DNA of 62,505 nt, the filler included, from Nemertoderma westbladi (lineage: Eukaryota; Animalia; Xenacoelomorpha), in the NCBI GenBank assembly GCA_032718475.1. It is 4 parts of 4 records of this genome, joined end to end, with 100 filler letters (N's around TTAATTAATTAA, not from the genome) between each part and the next. Parts side by side here need not be neighbours in the genome. Positions count along the whole stretch, not along the records: positions 22,930 to 42,375 come from JAUCBJ010003482.1; positions 42,476 to 53,994 come from JAUCBJ010005861.1; 2 more parts are not named here. One strand, written 5' to 3'. Within the stretch, counting starts at the first letter, position 1. The number at the start of each line of letters is the position of its first letter. The notes under the pieces are model-generated. The model did not search any database and was not told the DNA's origin. It saw only the letters and a program-made list of their open reading frames with translations. The translations under genes were made by a program, and so were the position numbers. Shown here piece after piece: positions 37,739 through 50,475 of the stretch.

Positions 37739-38892
37739 GGGGACTACTGTCCAGGGGGCTACTGTCCGGGAGGCTACTGTCCAGGGGGCTACTGTTCGGG
37801 GGGATACTGTCCAGGGGTCTACTGTCCAGGGGGCTACTGTCCGGGAGGCTACTGTCCAGGGGGCTACTGTCCGGAGGGCTACAGTTCGGGGGGCTACTGT
37901 CCGGGGGGCTACTGTCCAGGGGGCTACTGTCCGGGGGGCTACAGTTCGGGGGGCTACTGTCCGGGGGGCTACTGTCCTGGGGGCTACTGTCCGGGGGGCT
38001 ACAGTTCGGAGGTCTACTGTCCGCGGGGATACTGTCCAGCGGGCTACTGTCCGGAAGGCTACTGTCCTGGGGGCTACTGTCCGGGAGGCTACTGTCCAGG
38101 GGGCTACTGTCCGGGAGGCTACTGTCCAGGGGGCTACTGTCCGGGGGGCTACAGTTCGGGGGGCTACTGTCCCGGGGGCTACAGTTCGGGGGGCTACTGT
38201 CCGGGGGGCTACTGTCCAGGGGGCTACTGTCCGGGAGGCTACTGTCCAGGGGGCTACTGTCCGGGAGGCTACTGTCCAGGGGGCTACTGTCCGGGGGGCT
38301 ACAGTTCGGGGGGCTACTGTCCGGGGGGCTACTGTCCAGGGGGCTACTGTCCGGGGGGCTACAGTTCGGGGGGCTACTGTCCGGGGGGATACTGTCCAGC
38401 GGGCTACTGTCCGGAAGGCTACTGTCCTGGGGGCTACTGTCCGGGAGGCTACTGTCCAGGGGGCTACTGTCCGGGAGGCTACTGTCCAGGGGGCTACTGT
38501 CCGGGGGGCTACAGTTCGGGGGGCTACTGTCCGGGGGGATACTGTCCAGGGGTCTACTGTCCGGGGAGCTACTGTCCGGGAGGCTACTGTCCAGGGGGCT
38601 ACTGTCCTGGGGGCTACTGTCCGGAAGGCTACTGTCCTGGGGGCTACTGTCCGGGAGGCTACTGTCCAGGGGGCTACTGTCCGGGAGGCTACTGTCCAGG
38701 GGGCTACTGTCCGGGGGGCTACAGTTCGGGGGGCTACTGTCCGGGGGGATACTGTCCAGGGGTCTACTGTCCGGGGAGCTACTGTCCGGGGCGCTACTGT
38801 CCGGAGTGGGGGGGGGGGGGGCTACTGTCCAGGGGGCTACTGTCCGGGGGGCTACTGTCCGGAGGGGGGGGGGGGGGGGTCTACTGTCCGGG
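37739..38892. repeat. G-rich 15-bp minisatellite (GGGGGCTACTGTCCR)n
   Basis: CTACTG recurs every 15 bp for about 1.15 kb. Inverted partial units at 36620-36665. Confidence 0.97.
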
Positions 38893-39649
38893 ATATTGAT
38901 ATTCCTCTATATACAGTAGTACTCCGAACTCCAGGATTCCATGGGTGTTGCAATGAAGAAGTGCACGTTGATCAGTATGTAGTGTAGTTTTAATATTATT
39001 GTAGTCGATGTATTCGGGATACACAAGGTTCAACTGATGTATTTATCAATGTCAGATATTCCCCCACTAAATAAACAGAGAAAATCAAAGATCAATTATA
39101 ACAATGATGACTAATAACGAGCAATATAATAATTGACAATAAAATATTTACCGCTTTTATTTGCTTTGTCGATAATAATTCTAACAAATAAATATTATGT
39201 AGATAAATATTAAAATATCAAGGCATCCAGGGAAGCGTGATTCGGCCTTAAGGGGGTTGGGGTACACTATTTTGTACAAAATATTACGAAATTGTTTTTA
39301 TATGATCGATTATACTGCGTGTTTACAAATCGAAAAACCGCTATTTATTAGCTCTTTTAGTTTTCAAGTTATAACAATTTCCATTTAGGGAGACCTATTA
39401 AAATTACTATTACTATGTATGTATAGTATAATGAAAGGTTTATTACTCCAAATATTTTTTTATGAAATTGTCAACTTCAAAACCCTACTACTTCTACAAT
39501 TTTTGAGCAATTGTTATGAACATTTATGTGGGTGTCTACATAGCCATCCTGCATAAAAGTATTAGACAACTTTATAAAATATGCCGCTCGCCGCTCCTGT
39601 GGTGTATCATGGCCTTTAGCTCTCCTTATGTTGTTGTTTACCGTAAAAG

Positions 39650-39925
39650 TAGATCTGGTATGACCTTGTCTTTAATTCTCCAGCAGTGCCCACTGAATCT
39701 TAAATCTGCGTTCACGGAGGGTGGTTGATACAGGTGGTATTGTACCATAAAGCACGGCGCGTTTGTCATGTGTTGTCTCCAGCTGATGTTTAGGGCTGCC
39801 CTTAGTTGTCTTGTGTAGCAACTATAAATTCGTTGTTCAAGTTATTTCGTCAGTGTCCAGGTCTCACCCCCATATAAAAATACACTTTCCACTGTGGCTC
39901 GAAAGAACTTAGTCTGCAGGTCTTA
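39650..39925 (-). mobile_element. RTE-like LINE fragment, same family as 55304-56574
   Basis: Near-identical to about 55485-55740 (CCAGCAGTGCCCACTGAATCTTA...GGTGGTTGATACAGGTGGTATTGTACCATAAAGC). Confidence 0.85.
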
Positions 39926-40829
39926 AAGCTATCCGACCTCATTAAATCAGAAACGGCTGGATTAAGAAAAACTTAAGATCTTTTCCTGGTTTGCCATCTT
40001 ATTAATTTCATTAAGTTCATTATTGTAAAATCGTAGCTACAGTATATTTAAACATAATAAATATAGTTAAACAGATTTAGTAGTCCCATGGAATACTAAA
40101 TATACACGGAAGGACAAATGTATCATACCCCAGGAAGCAATCTTTTTATTTTATAAAACGATAGATATGGATGACAGAAAACCGCTGCTAAATTTTTTTC
40201 AAAATCTCTCGTGCCGTTTTTGAGATAATAGCATTTTATATATCGCTCCCATGCCATGGCCTACTATATATACACGGCCTTATAAGCTGCATTTTGAGGC
40301 CATTCAAAAAGAGACCAGTTTTTTTTACAACAATTTGATATTTTGATATAATTCTTTAATTTGACTGAATTGAAGTCTCCTCGTTAAGCAAGATACAAAA
40401 TTATATGTTTTAATTTGTGCTAATGTTTTAGGTAGGTTTAGCTGGTAATGCCATGTGTTTTAAATACATTTTACATGCGTTTTAATGTTCTAGAACAAAA
40501 AATATTTTTTCTAGAACATATTTTTTCTGGAACGGCATCAGTGATTGTTCAGTTTTATTCGCTGCAGATTATTATTTCCGAAATGTATATAGCATCACCG
40601 GAATGGTCTTCATCCATTGACTGTGACTGTGACCTCAATGTGGATTTGAATTTATTCTGTGTAGATAAATCCTTCACATGCAGTTCCATATAAATCTGGC
40701 TGCTCTGGACTATGGGTCTCTAATATAAAGGGATAAAAACTGGAAATTTATTGTGAAATATCAAAAATATATTTTGAACGAAACTTTGGTGTACTTTGAG
40801 AATCACTAGAGGGAGCCCAACGGTTACTC

Positions 40830-41400
40830 AGCTCATTAGAACTTGCTACTTCTAGTGTTGCTATTTTTGTTAACTCCATGAAGACCACAATTTTGACAGT
40901 TACATTTGAAATTCCTCAGGAAATCTCAATAAGCTCAAAGGATGGTATGCTTGAGCATGTGGACGACTTCTGTTACCTGGGATCATGGATCCGGAAGTCA
41001 GGTGAGGGAGGACCTTCGAATACGAAAGGGAAGGGCATGGACAGCATTGAATGAGATTTCCAGGATGTGGAAGTCACACAGAATTCATCGGAAACTTAAG
41101 GTCCGATTATTTAGAGGAGCAGCAGTTTAGTACTGGAAGTACTCCTCTATGGGAGGGAGTCCATGCTGGGCTCTAACTGCTGAGGACACAAAATTTCTGA
41201 ATGGAACATTCGCAATAATGCTACGTCGGGTTCACTGTGACAAGTACATTGCACACATCTCCAACCAGACACTATATCACATTGGATGTGCCTCATTGGC
41301 ACCACCAATTTGACACTTGAACAAGGCCGCCTCCGCTTTGCTCCGACTTTGCTTTCGCCGACTCGCCGTGAGGACCAACCTGTGCATAATATTTTTGCTA
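40830..41400 (+). mobile_element. Degenerate RTE-like LINE 3' fragment; empty-site reference for the CRE insertion
   Basis: LEHVDDFCYLGSWI...EDLRIRKGRAWTALNEISRMWKS...LKVRLFR. Confidence 0.75.
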
Positions 41401-42375
41401 TTGCAGCCCCAATAAAAAATAAAATAAGCATGTTGGACAGCTAGCCCTTGAATTTCTAGAGACGCCTCTTAAGGGGGGGGGGGGGGGGGGGGGGGGGTTG
41501 GGGTAGCGCTATAATGACACAGTCAATGAAAACCTATAGTAACAGGGCTAAGGCTTTGTCCAAAATGAATAATTTTTGGTATAAGGTAATCGATATCTGA
41601 AGGTTGTAAAAAATTTTTTCTTTGTAATATAGTTATAATAATTTAGTGCTAATTAGTAGCATAAAATTATTACTATTACTAAAAACACTACTTCTTCGTA
41701 CAAACATTAGTTATATAACTAGTTATTTCGTATATATAATTAGGATATATGGTTGAATAAAAGTATTGGTCAAAATTTTTTGATATTGATTATTTCCAAT
41801 TTTATTACCAAATTAATTAATTATTTTCATATTTTTTTCAAAAAATTAGCATTTTTCACATTTCGAAGCCAATAAAATGAGTTAGGATCAAAATTTTAAA
41901 ATTCTGACCAATACTTTTGAAGACACCAGGCTGTGGTTACTCTGTCCAAATTTCATGAAAAAATATTAAAAATTGGCAGAGGAGTAGCATTTTTAATTTC
42001 GTAGAATGAAAAATTCCATTCGAGATAATTGCCTTTAAAGTTTGAACCTTCTTCCGCGTAAAAACTGTCTGTTAATATGTGAGAATGTCTATCCATATAT
42101 ATCTATCAACAAGAAAGCATAAAACCATGCTAAGATTTTAGCTATGGGGGTTTTCCGGGTCGCTGATTTCATTTCTGGGGCCATTTTTCACTTTTAATGA
42201 AATCTAGTTTGTCTGTATGTCTGTCTGTCGGTCTATCTGACTTTCCGACTACCTGTCTGTCAAATATAAGAAAAAGGCACACCATTAGCTAAAGTTTTAG
42301 CTATATGGGTTTTCCTGGTCGCAGAATTCATTTCGAGTGGCAGTGTTAACATTTGATCACTTCCAAATTGTCTGT

Positions 42376-42475
42376 NNNNNNNNNNNNNNNNNNNNNNNNN
42401 NNNNNNNNNNNNNNNNNNNTTAATTAATTAANNNNNNNNNNNNNNNNNNNNNNNNNNNNNNNNNNNNNNNNNNNN
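42376..42475. other. Artificial contig spacer
   Basis: N44-TTAATTAATTAA-N44. Confidence 0.97.
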
Positions 42476-43294
42476 ATTCTTTAATTTTTTCCCCGTGAAA
42501 CTTTTTTCTCCGGGTAAATTCGAGTGAATAAAGTTCCCGGTAACAATTTAAGAATAAATGTAATATGTTTTATTAATTGCTATTCAAATCCAATAAAAGA
42601 ACAGAACGATAAATTTTGCTTTCGGATCAGGTTTTCGTAATTTTATATATTTATCGTCTACAAGTGGCACTTTTTTTAGGCAACTTATTCAGCAACTAGG
42701 AACTTAGTTAAACAGCTTAGAAAAAGTGGTGTATATGTGGTGTAAAAGAGGCAACTTTTTTTTACAGCAACTTCGTGTTTACACGGCACGGAGAAACTTC
42801 TTCAGCAATCTGAGTTTTTCACCAAGTTACTGAGAACGTTTCCCAAAAAGTTGCCACAGGTAACCCGAAATTAGCGGATTCAATCTTCGGGCTCCAGAAT
42901 CTATAATAGCCCCTTTGCATTGCAGCTGCCATTGAGATGCTGGCTTAACAATTAATGTGTGCCGCCACCATGCAATCAACAATGGCTATGGTGCAATGCA
43001 GCGTGCATTACGAATGCTATGCCGCATCTTCAAGGACAGTGTCCTTAAAGCGGCGTCCCATCCCAAGTAAGTAATTCTGGGCAGACAACTGTGTTTATTT
43101 CTGCATGTAATGCAGAAAACGCTGCCAAATACAAGACTTGTTACAATTACTACGATTAACAGTTATACATTCCGAGACAAATTGTCGGAGTGTATTGGAC
43201 ACCTGGACGCCTCTATACTTGGTTTAAGAAACTCGCAGGTCCATTATTTTTTCCATTAATATTTCTACTATATTTTGGTAATTTGCTTTGTCAT

Positions 43295-43481
43295 TGAGCA
43301 TCGTCTGAGCATTATCTGAGCATTATATTGAGCATTATCTGAGCATTATATTGAGCATCGTCTGAGCATTATCTAAGCATTATATTGAGCATTATCTGAG
43401 CATTATATTGAGTATCGTCTGAGCATTATCTAAGCATTATATTGAGCATTATCTGAGCATTATATTGAGCATCGTCTGAGC
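43295..43481. repeat. 11-12-bp tandem repeat (TGAGCATTATC / TGAGCATTATAT / TGAGCATCGTC)
   Basis: About 16 units with recurring variants. Confidence 0.9.
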
Positions 43482-43899
43482 TGTATAACACCTACACCGC
43501 ATCATTGTTCGGTTGCAATCGTTTAAGAGAAAATTGTAATTTCGATTGAAATCGAGATCGATGACCCACAACATTTTTCCAAAAATCAACTTGATTACTC
43601 AGCGATCCAGGTTATTATTACAGGGGGTAGCTTTGATGGTCTTTTTTTTTGTTACATTTATAATAAATATAATATTGCACGGGTTTAATCAAGTGTATTT
43701 AATTGTTCTAATAGTGTAGGTGAGAGAAATAATGTTGGGTTAGAAACAAATGAATAATTAGTTACAATGTATTACATAATTCAAGGAAGCATTTTATCGC
43801 CCATAATTTATCAGGTTTTCGTAGACCGATTTGTGGGCATTTTATTGGAACATCGAATGTTGAGGGGTTGAATTTCATTCATTCATTAGTTGTTTCATC

Positions 43900-44640
43900 C
43901 TCTTTCGAGTTGCCGTTTTTTGTTTGACAGTTTAGTTGTATTAATAGTAGCCTGTATTAATGTACGGTTCTGAGGTTTGGGGGTATCATGCTGTATATAT
44001 ACTGTAGTTGTTGAAATTGTTCATCTTCAATGTGTGAAATATTTTCTTTGAATTAAAGATTCCACTACAAACTTCACTGATTTCCTAGGAACATTGATAG
44101 GAAAATAAGTTAAAATACTGGGGGAAAATGTAAATGTTAAAAAGTGTCGGTTGCCCAGGGCAGCATACAATGAACTCTATCCTGTACTGCAGATAATGTC
44201 CCTGATAAAGGAAACAGCATTATTTACCATGTTACCATTACTTAAACCAAATGGTTTAAGTAATGGTAACATGGTAAATAATGCTGTTTCCTTTATCAGG
44301 GACATTATCTACAGTATAGGATTCAAGTGACTTCCAAAAATCGTCACACCCATAAAACACTTTTAGTGCTATAATTAAATTACGATTACAGCATTACAGG
44401 TATCAGGTACAATATACACAGAGTTGGTGGAACGATATTGTATACTTTCTCACGTTTTGCTGCAATTCCTTTATAACCGGCTATGTTTATTGTGCTCAAG
44501 TAATGTGATAGAGGATGAATGTCATTTTTTATTAGAGTACAATGCATCGGATTATAGAATAAAATATCTCGGTAATTATTTTGATAGGTACCTATTAACG
44601 GAGTTGTATGTACTGTAGGCCTACATTGCTACATTTATAT
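43900..44640 (+). mobile_element. Highly degenerate LINE ORF2 3' end containing a long palindrome
   Basis: YGSEVWG near 43960 and RLCLLCSSNVIEDECHFLL near 44480, typical of LINE C-termini. Palindrome at 44179-44322. Confidence 0.6.
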
Positions 44641-44731
44641 AAAAACTCATGTAAGAAAGTGTTTGACCTAGCGTTATACATATAAATATCACAATTATTT
44701 GCAAAAATTACTTTTTCATTCCGTACCATTA

Positions 44732-44924
44732 GGCCGCGTTCACACTACCGAGTCAAAGTCAAAGTCAAAAGAAAATAAAGATAGCTAGCTAGCAATAATA
44801 AATAATAATACATTATATAGGCCTAATATAATACATAGTGGCGTTCTAGAAAAAAATAAATTTCTTGTTTTTTTTACATTTTGTCTTTTGACTTTGACTT
44901 TGACTCGGTAGTGTGAATGCGGCC
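44732..44924. mobile_element. 193-bp MITE with about 41-bp TIRs, flanked by TA
   Basis: GGCCGCGTTCACACTACCGAGTCAAAGTCAAAGTCAAAAGA ... TCTTTTGACTTTGACTTTGACTCGGTAGTGTGAATGCGGCC (one mismatch). Confidence 0.88.
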
Positions 44925-45399
44925 TAAGATGAAGAGAGTTGAAGAAGATGATATAATACGGGGACCAACATTCTCGCTGTGTTCGCGACGCGAATGAATA
45001 AGGAATAAATCTCATTAATGTGTTTTTATAGAAACATTTTGGTGATTAAAATCAAGAGTTGATTGGGGAGGTACAATACCTTACACCACCTACACGCTAT
45101 TCAAGCACCACTCCTCAACAGAATGCCAATGTTTCAATTTACAAATCACGAATAATTCCCAATTTGGAAGGCGCTTAATAAACCCATTACCGGCATAGCT
45201 TAACATGGCTTGTCGAAATATGCGGAGTCACCATTAGCGGACATGTTAACGCTTGAATCTTTCGCGTTGCGGGGAATTAAGACTGCGAAATTACATTATG
45301 TAAAGGAAACAAGGCCCGGTTGACGGTAATACTGATGCCTCTCCGATTGCCTCCTACTCGTATTAACTAACGCAAATTCCCATGAGAGAATCAGAGAGC

Positions 45400-45930
45400 G
45401 TTAATTCTTTGATTCACTACACGACGAGAGAGCGAGCGAGATGGTACTGGGCACGGCTCAGGTAACAAGGCCACTAGGGGGGTTACTGCTTGGTTACCTT
45501 GCTGGGACCAACCACCTCCCCACTCGCTGGCCAGTCAGATATATCTTGAAGAGGAAGGCCGGTTGCTATGCACACTAGGGGCCTCCCTCGAATACAAATG
45601 AGGGTCTCATGATAAGAATGGTAGTTGGCCATGCGTTGTGTATGTAAGCACGGCCCGTGCCGCTATATAAATGCGTACGGCCTCCTCTCCAATACAAAGA
45701 CTAATGGTGCTTCTATGAAGTCGGGTAAGGTTAATCTCTCGCTGGCCAACGCACTGAGGAATGGCCTGCGGCAGCGCCTATTGGCTCCGTATCATGTCCT
45801 GTTGCTTTGGATTCCGGCTGCCGGCCACCCATGGCCCATTGGAGCGTCCCAGTCCCTGGCCCGCAGGCTTGCACCCCGTAAACTGAGTTATGTTTAATTA
45901 GTATTTGTTCTCGGCGTGTCATCAGTTTGA
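45400..45930 (+). promoter_or_regulatory. Putative POU3 promoter region
   Basis: GC-richer island upstream of the ORF with TATATAAA (45664), two reverse CCAAT boxes (about 45780 and 45838) and an Inr-like TCAGTT (45922). Confidence 0.35.
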
Positions 45931-46244
45931 CTTAGTAGTTGCATTCTCCTCCGCTGTTTGTACAATTTAATTAATATAGTTTCTGATACTCCCTTGTCTT
46001 CTCCTTTTTAACCGCCGTTTTAAAAACTTTCATTATTTGTTTACTTGGTATAATATTTTAATAATATTTTACTATTGAGAATAATTTGCAATAATTATAT
46101 TTACAAGAAAACAGATGGAGTTGCCGCGTTATTTAAACTTCGCTCAAGTTTTATGTTGTTTTATTTTAAATAATGTGATGTAAAATCCATCCCATGTGAG
46201 ATAATTAAATTATTGTAAAAATTTGTAGAAAATATACGATTGCC

Positions 46245-47333
46245 ATGGCAACATTAACGGAGCCATACAACCTCAGTCCACCCATGGTTCTTAACGGTGG
46301 GAACGGACCATCCAACCTCTACCCCCAGACACTCGAACCAAATTCCCACTTCCTCAGTCACGTGACCACACCTGGTCACATTGGCCAATCACAGACGTCG
46401 TATCCCCCCAGCTGGACGCACCCAGCGCCCCCTTCTGCGATCCCTGTGGACGCTCTATGGCCCCCCGCCGTGGATCTCCGTACCACTATGGCGGCCCCCC
46501 TTGGGGGAAGCGACCACCTGCCTCCAACTTACCGCAGCTTCCAGCAGTACCACCACCCTGGTATGTGGAACGAGGCCCCCTCCAACCTCCCCCCTTACAC
46601 GACAGGCCTCACATCGACCCCATCCAATGCCCCCCACTTCCCCCTCTACACGAGCTCAAGCATACCTGGCTATTCTATAGCGCCGCCTCGAGGCGCTTCA
46701 CTCAATCAGCAACAGCATTACAGTTCAAACCGACTTGACATAAATAACTCGCAACGCCATCTAGAAGAAAGCTCTGGGATAGACTCGGACGATGACGTAC
46801 CTTCCAGCGACGACCTCGAGGCTTTCGCTAAACACTTCAAACAACGACGGATTAAACTCGGATTCACCCAGGCCGACGTTGGTCTCGCGTTGGGCACACT
46901 CTACGGCAGCGTCTTCTCCCAGACGACGATGTGCCGTTTTGAGGCCCTGCAATTGAGCTTCAAGAACATGTGCAAACTGAAACCTTTACTGGCTAAATGG
47001 TTGGAGGAAGCCGACTCGAATAACGGGTCCCCAACCTCTGTAGATAAGATTACGGCGCAAGGTCGTAAACGTAAGAAACGTACGAGTATCGAGGTTAGCG
47101 TTAAGGGGGCCTTGGAGGTTGGTTTCCAAAGACAGCCGAAGCCCTGCGCTCAGGAGATTCTCGCCCTGGCCGAACAGTTGCAGCTCGAGAAGGAAGTCGT
47201 CCGCGTTTGGTTCTGTAACCGGAGACAGAAGGAGAAACGGATGGTAACGGAAGACGACGATGACGATGATGATAAGGCGAACCCCGCTGACGATCGCAGT
47301 TCCAACAACAGTTCACCGTCGTCAACATTGTAG
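46245..47333 (+). CDS. POU3: Class III POU homeodomain transcription factor (Brn1/2/4, Oct6, vvl type), 362 aa, single exon
   Basis: POU-specific domain [33 protein letters not shown]...KWLEEAD, class III linker [23 protein letters not shown], homeodomain [15 protein letters not shown]. Confidence 0.97.
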   Translation: MATLTEPYNLSPPMVLNGGNGPSNLYPQTLEPNSHFLSHVTTPGHIGQSQTSYPPSWTHPAPPSAIPVDALWPPAVDLRTTMAAPLGGSDHLPPTYRSFQQYHHPGMWNEAPSNLPPYTTGLTSTPSNAPHFPLYTSSSIPGYSIAPPRGASLNQQQHYSSNRLDINNSQRHLEESSGIDSDDDVPSSDDLEAFAKHFKQRRIKLGFTQADVGLALGTLYGSVFSQTTMCRFEALQLSFKNMCKLKPLLAKWLEEADSNNGSPTSVDKITAQGRKRKKRTSIEVSVKGALEVGFQRQPKPCAQEILALAEQLQLEKEVVRVWFCNRRQKEKRMVTEDDDDDDDKANPADDRSSNNSSPSSTL

Positions 47334-48345
47334 TCAAATAATCCGGTGGCTGACCTTAAATAATTAATAAACGCCAATATTCGTGCTACACAATATTGGT
47401 ATAAAAGAGTCTAACATGCGTAATGTATTTAGGTGTGTTTCATCGTTTATTGATTAATTTATTCCGATTCATAAGTTTATTGCTGCTGATAATTCCAATT
47501 TATTTAATACAACAACGACAGTATAAGCATTTCAGTTAACTATGGTTGAACAGCGCATTTATTATGGGCAAATTAACGATGTGCTTTTGTTGTTGTTGAA
47601 TGAAATTTATAGGATATTGAAATACGTTACGTTGTTTGAATTGCTTTTCCAAAAATTTATAAGTATCTGTACAATTTTGAAATATCTTAATTTATAATTT
47701 ATTTGGTATGTATTGGAAATAGTTTATGTTATGGTTGTTTTTCTAGATCAAACAAGTTTTATTGACAATAGATAGGCAATTTTAAATGGATGGAAAGTAA
47801 ATCCAAAAATAATTAACTGAACACCGAAACTTAAAATAGACCAAATTGAATTCAATGCCTTCAGAAACAATACGATAATAGACAATGGCCGCGGTCCGTA
47901 AATTAAAATTGTTTTGTATGAAATTTTAATGTTGTATCGATATTTTCCACCACATCGTGCTTGAAATAAGTTATGTTTAAATAATTCACTTACAGTTCAT
48001 TTTATTTGCCGAACAACTTTAAAGGAAGGTAAATTATCAAAATGTTGTGATAAATTGATTTTATGTTACAATTATAGTTCGCGAAATAACAGCTTTAAAA
48101 TCCAAATGAAAATTCGGAAAACCAAATACTAACCTCAACTACACCACTAAACCTAACTTTAAATCTAACTAAATTATAAATCATGATTCCTATAGCCATG
48201 TATTTCCTTTCATTGGTTAAATCCCATATCGTCCAGGAGTTCTTATATTTGGATAAATGCTACCGGTACCCTTAGTTTATGTAAGTGCCAACAAAGTCCA
48301 CGCTATCTTTTCTGAGAAACAAAATTAATTGATTAATATAAAGTA

Positions 48346-48636
48346 TTGACTAATATTATGGGAGACCTCAAGTGACAAAATAAATAACCAACAGTTTTAG
48401 TTAGCTTTCACGCACAGGGATGTCTTCATGCTAAGAGTACAACAAATTTATCGAAAAACTGCTCGCACTGACTGAATAAATTTGTTAATTAATTTTTTTC
48501 GATAAATTTGTTGTACTTAACCTGTAAAACCTGTCTTAACCTGAAAAAGCCCTGTGGGTGAAAGTTTGCTAGAACTATTGTTTATTTACTTTGTCATTTG
48601 AGGTCTCCCAGCACTACATAACATAATATTAGTCAA
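48346..48636. mobile_element. Palindromic MITE-like element
   Basis: TGGGAGACCTCAAGTGACAAA / TTTGTCATTTGAGGTCTCCCA and AGTACAACAAATTTATCGAAAAA / TTTTTCGATAAATTTGTTGTACT, with outer TTGACTAATATTATG / CATAATATTAGTCAA. Confidence 0.8.
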
Positions 48637-49169
48637 CAATGATCGCGCCAGTGAGAAGAGCACGTCAGTTAATACATTTAACAAAATGGACATTTAATAT
48701 TATTGAATAGAACATTAGGATAAATGGACACTTAGTTTGAGATACCAACCAATGTAATAAATAATATTACTTCATAAGTTTATGACAGGGGTGCTATTTA
48801 GCATTATTATGTCCCTTATTTAGTTTATTCATGTAAACATCCCTCGCTGCGCTCGTTCGGTACATGATACAGGTGGGGTCATATCCCTTGTAAAGTGATA
48901 ATTTATTTTCACAAAATGAAGTAAACAGTTATTACGCTTTATCAATATACAATTTTTTAAAGAAATATATCAAACTACCTACCTACTTACTAATTCACAT
49001 TTAGTGATTTTTAATAATATAATATTATTTTCTTTATGTAGCTACTGTATTTATATTTAACTGTTTGAATTTCTGAGATATTTGTTACCTAATGAATTAC
49101 ATTAAATACCATATCGATTTCATAATGTTTCATGTATAATTTTAGTTTTTGAATATAATTCATAGATGA

Positions 49170-49510
49170 TGGCAAACTAATATCAGACAGACAGACTGAT
49201 AGACAGACTAGATTCTATCAAACATGAAAACTGATATCGGAAGTGATATCACCGACCTGGAAAAACCCAAGTCGAAAATTTTAGCAAATTATTGTGCTTT
49301 CTTATATTTGACAGACAGACAGACAGACAAACAGACAGATAGACATACTAGATTTCGACAAACAAAAAAACTGACATCGAAAATTAAATCACCGACCTGA
49401 ATAACCACCAAGGAGAAATTCTTACCAAATTAGTGTGCTTTGGTTATATTCTACTGTCTAAAAGTAGAAAAGACAGACAAATAGACAGTCGGACAGACCG
49501 ACATAACATT
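49170..49510. mobile_element. Dispersed repeat with (GACA)n microsatellite and about 125-bp internal tandem units (DINE-1/HINE-like organisation)
   Basis: Two diverged units here. Related sequence at 42100-42375 (reverse) and 58160-58255. Confidence 0.5.
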
Positions 49511-50475
49511 TAAAGACATGAAGTTACGTTTCTGAAAATCTGGCAGGGAAGGCAACGGCATCTGGAAAGGAGGTAAAATTTTGACCTAGAAATATTATAT
49601 TTTATTGTTGGACGGATCCATGTTGGGTGTCCTTATTTCTCACACGTGGGTGTGTGTCTTTTTGCACTTAATGTTGATGGAATTGGATGAAACTGTGATG
49701 ATAGGTTCATTATCGGACCTAGTTGTCTATGCAAGATCTTGGTTGCGAGGGACATGTTGGTTGCCTAGCAACAGTGAGATTAATTTTAGAATGACCGATC
49801 ATAATCGTAGGATTCACTCCATCAATATTCTGTCGACACCCCATAGGTTTTTCGTTACGAGGCGGCCCTGCATACAGTAGGCGCGTAATTTATTACAACA
49901 ACAATATTCATAGCAGCAATATTGATTACTATGTTTTCTACCTTTCACAAAACATTAAATGAGTTTCTCTCAAATCACTACTTTTTCGCATGTTTCCTTT
50001 TTAATGCAACCATCACATATGTAGATAATTTTTTTGGGGGGGGGGGGGGGGCGGATGGGGTTATTGGTGGGCGGAGGGCGTTGTGGGGGGGGGGGGGGTG
50101 GGGGCTTATGGGTGGGCGGAGGGCGTGGGGGGGGGGGGGGGGGGGGGTAATAAACGTGATTATTGTATTTTTTGTTAGGCCAAATAAGAAGTAATGGTAA
50201 GTTAGAATACGCGGCGTTTATTATTTATTTTCTTTTGCAATTTGTTGCTCACACATCCAGATTTATCATACACCAATCCTCAAAGGAGAACTTTTCACTT
50301 TTACATATTTTCACTAGGTTAAATAACGTATAGCATATTATCGCTTTGTAATAAATAATTACTATAGTCAATCTTCTTTGGCAATAAAAACAAATAAATT
50401 TTCGATTAGTAAAATTTAGATCATTATCAAATACTAATGAACAATATTGTTTTTGTAAGTTTGATTAATTCATTA

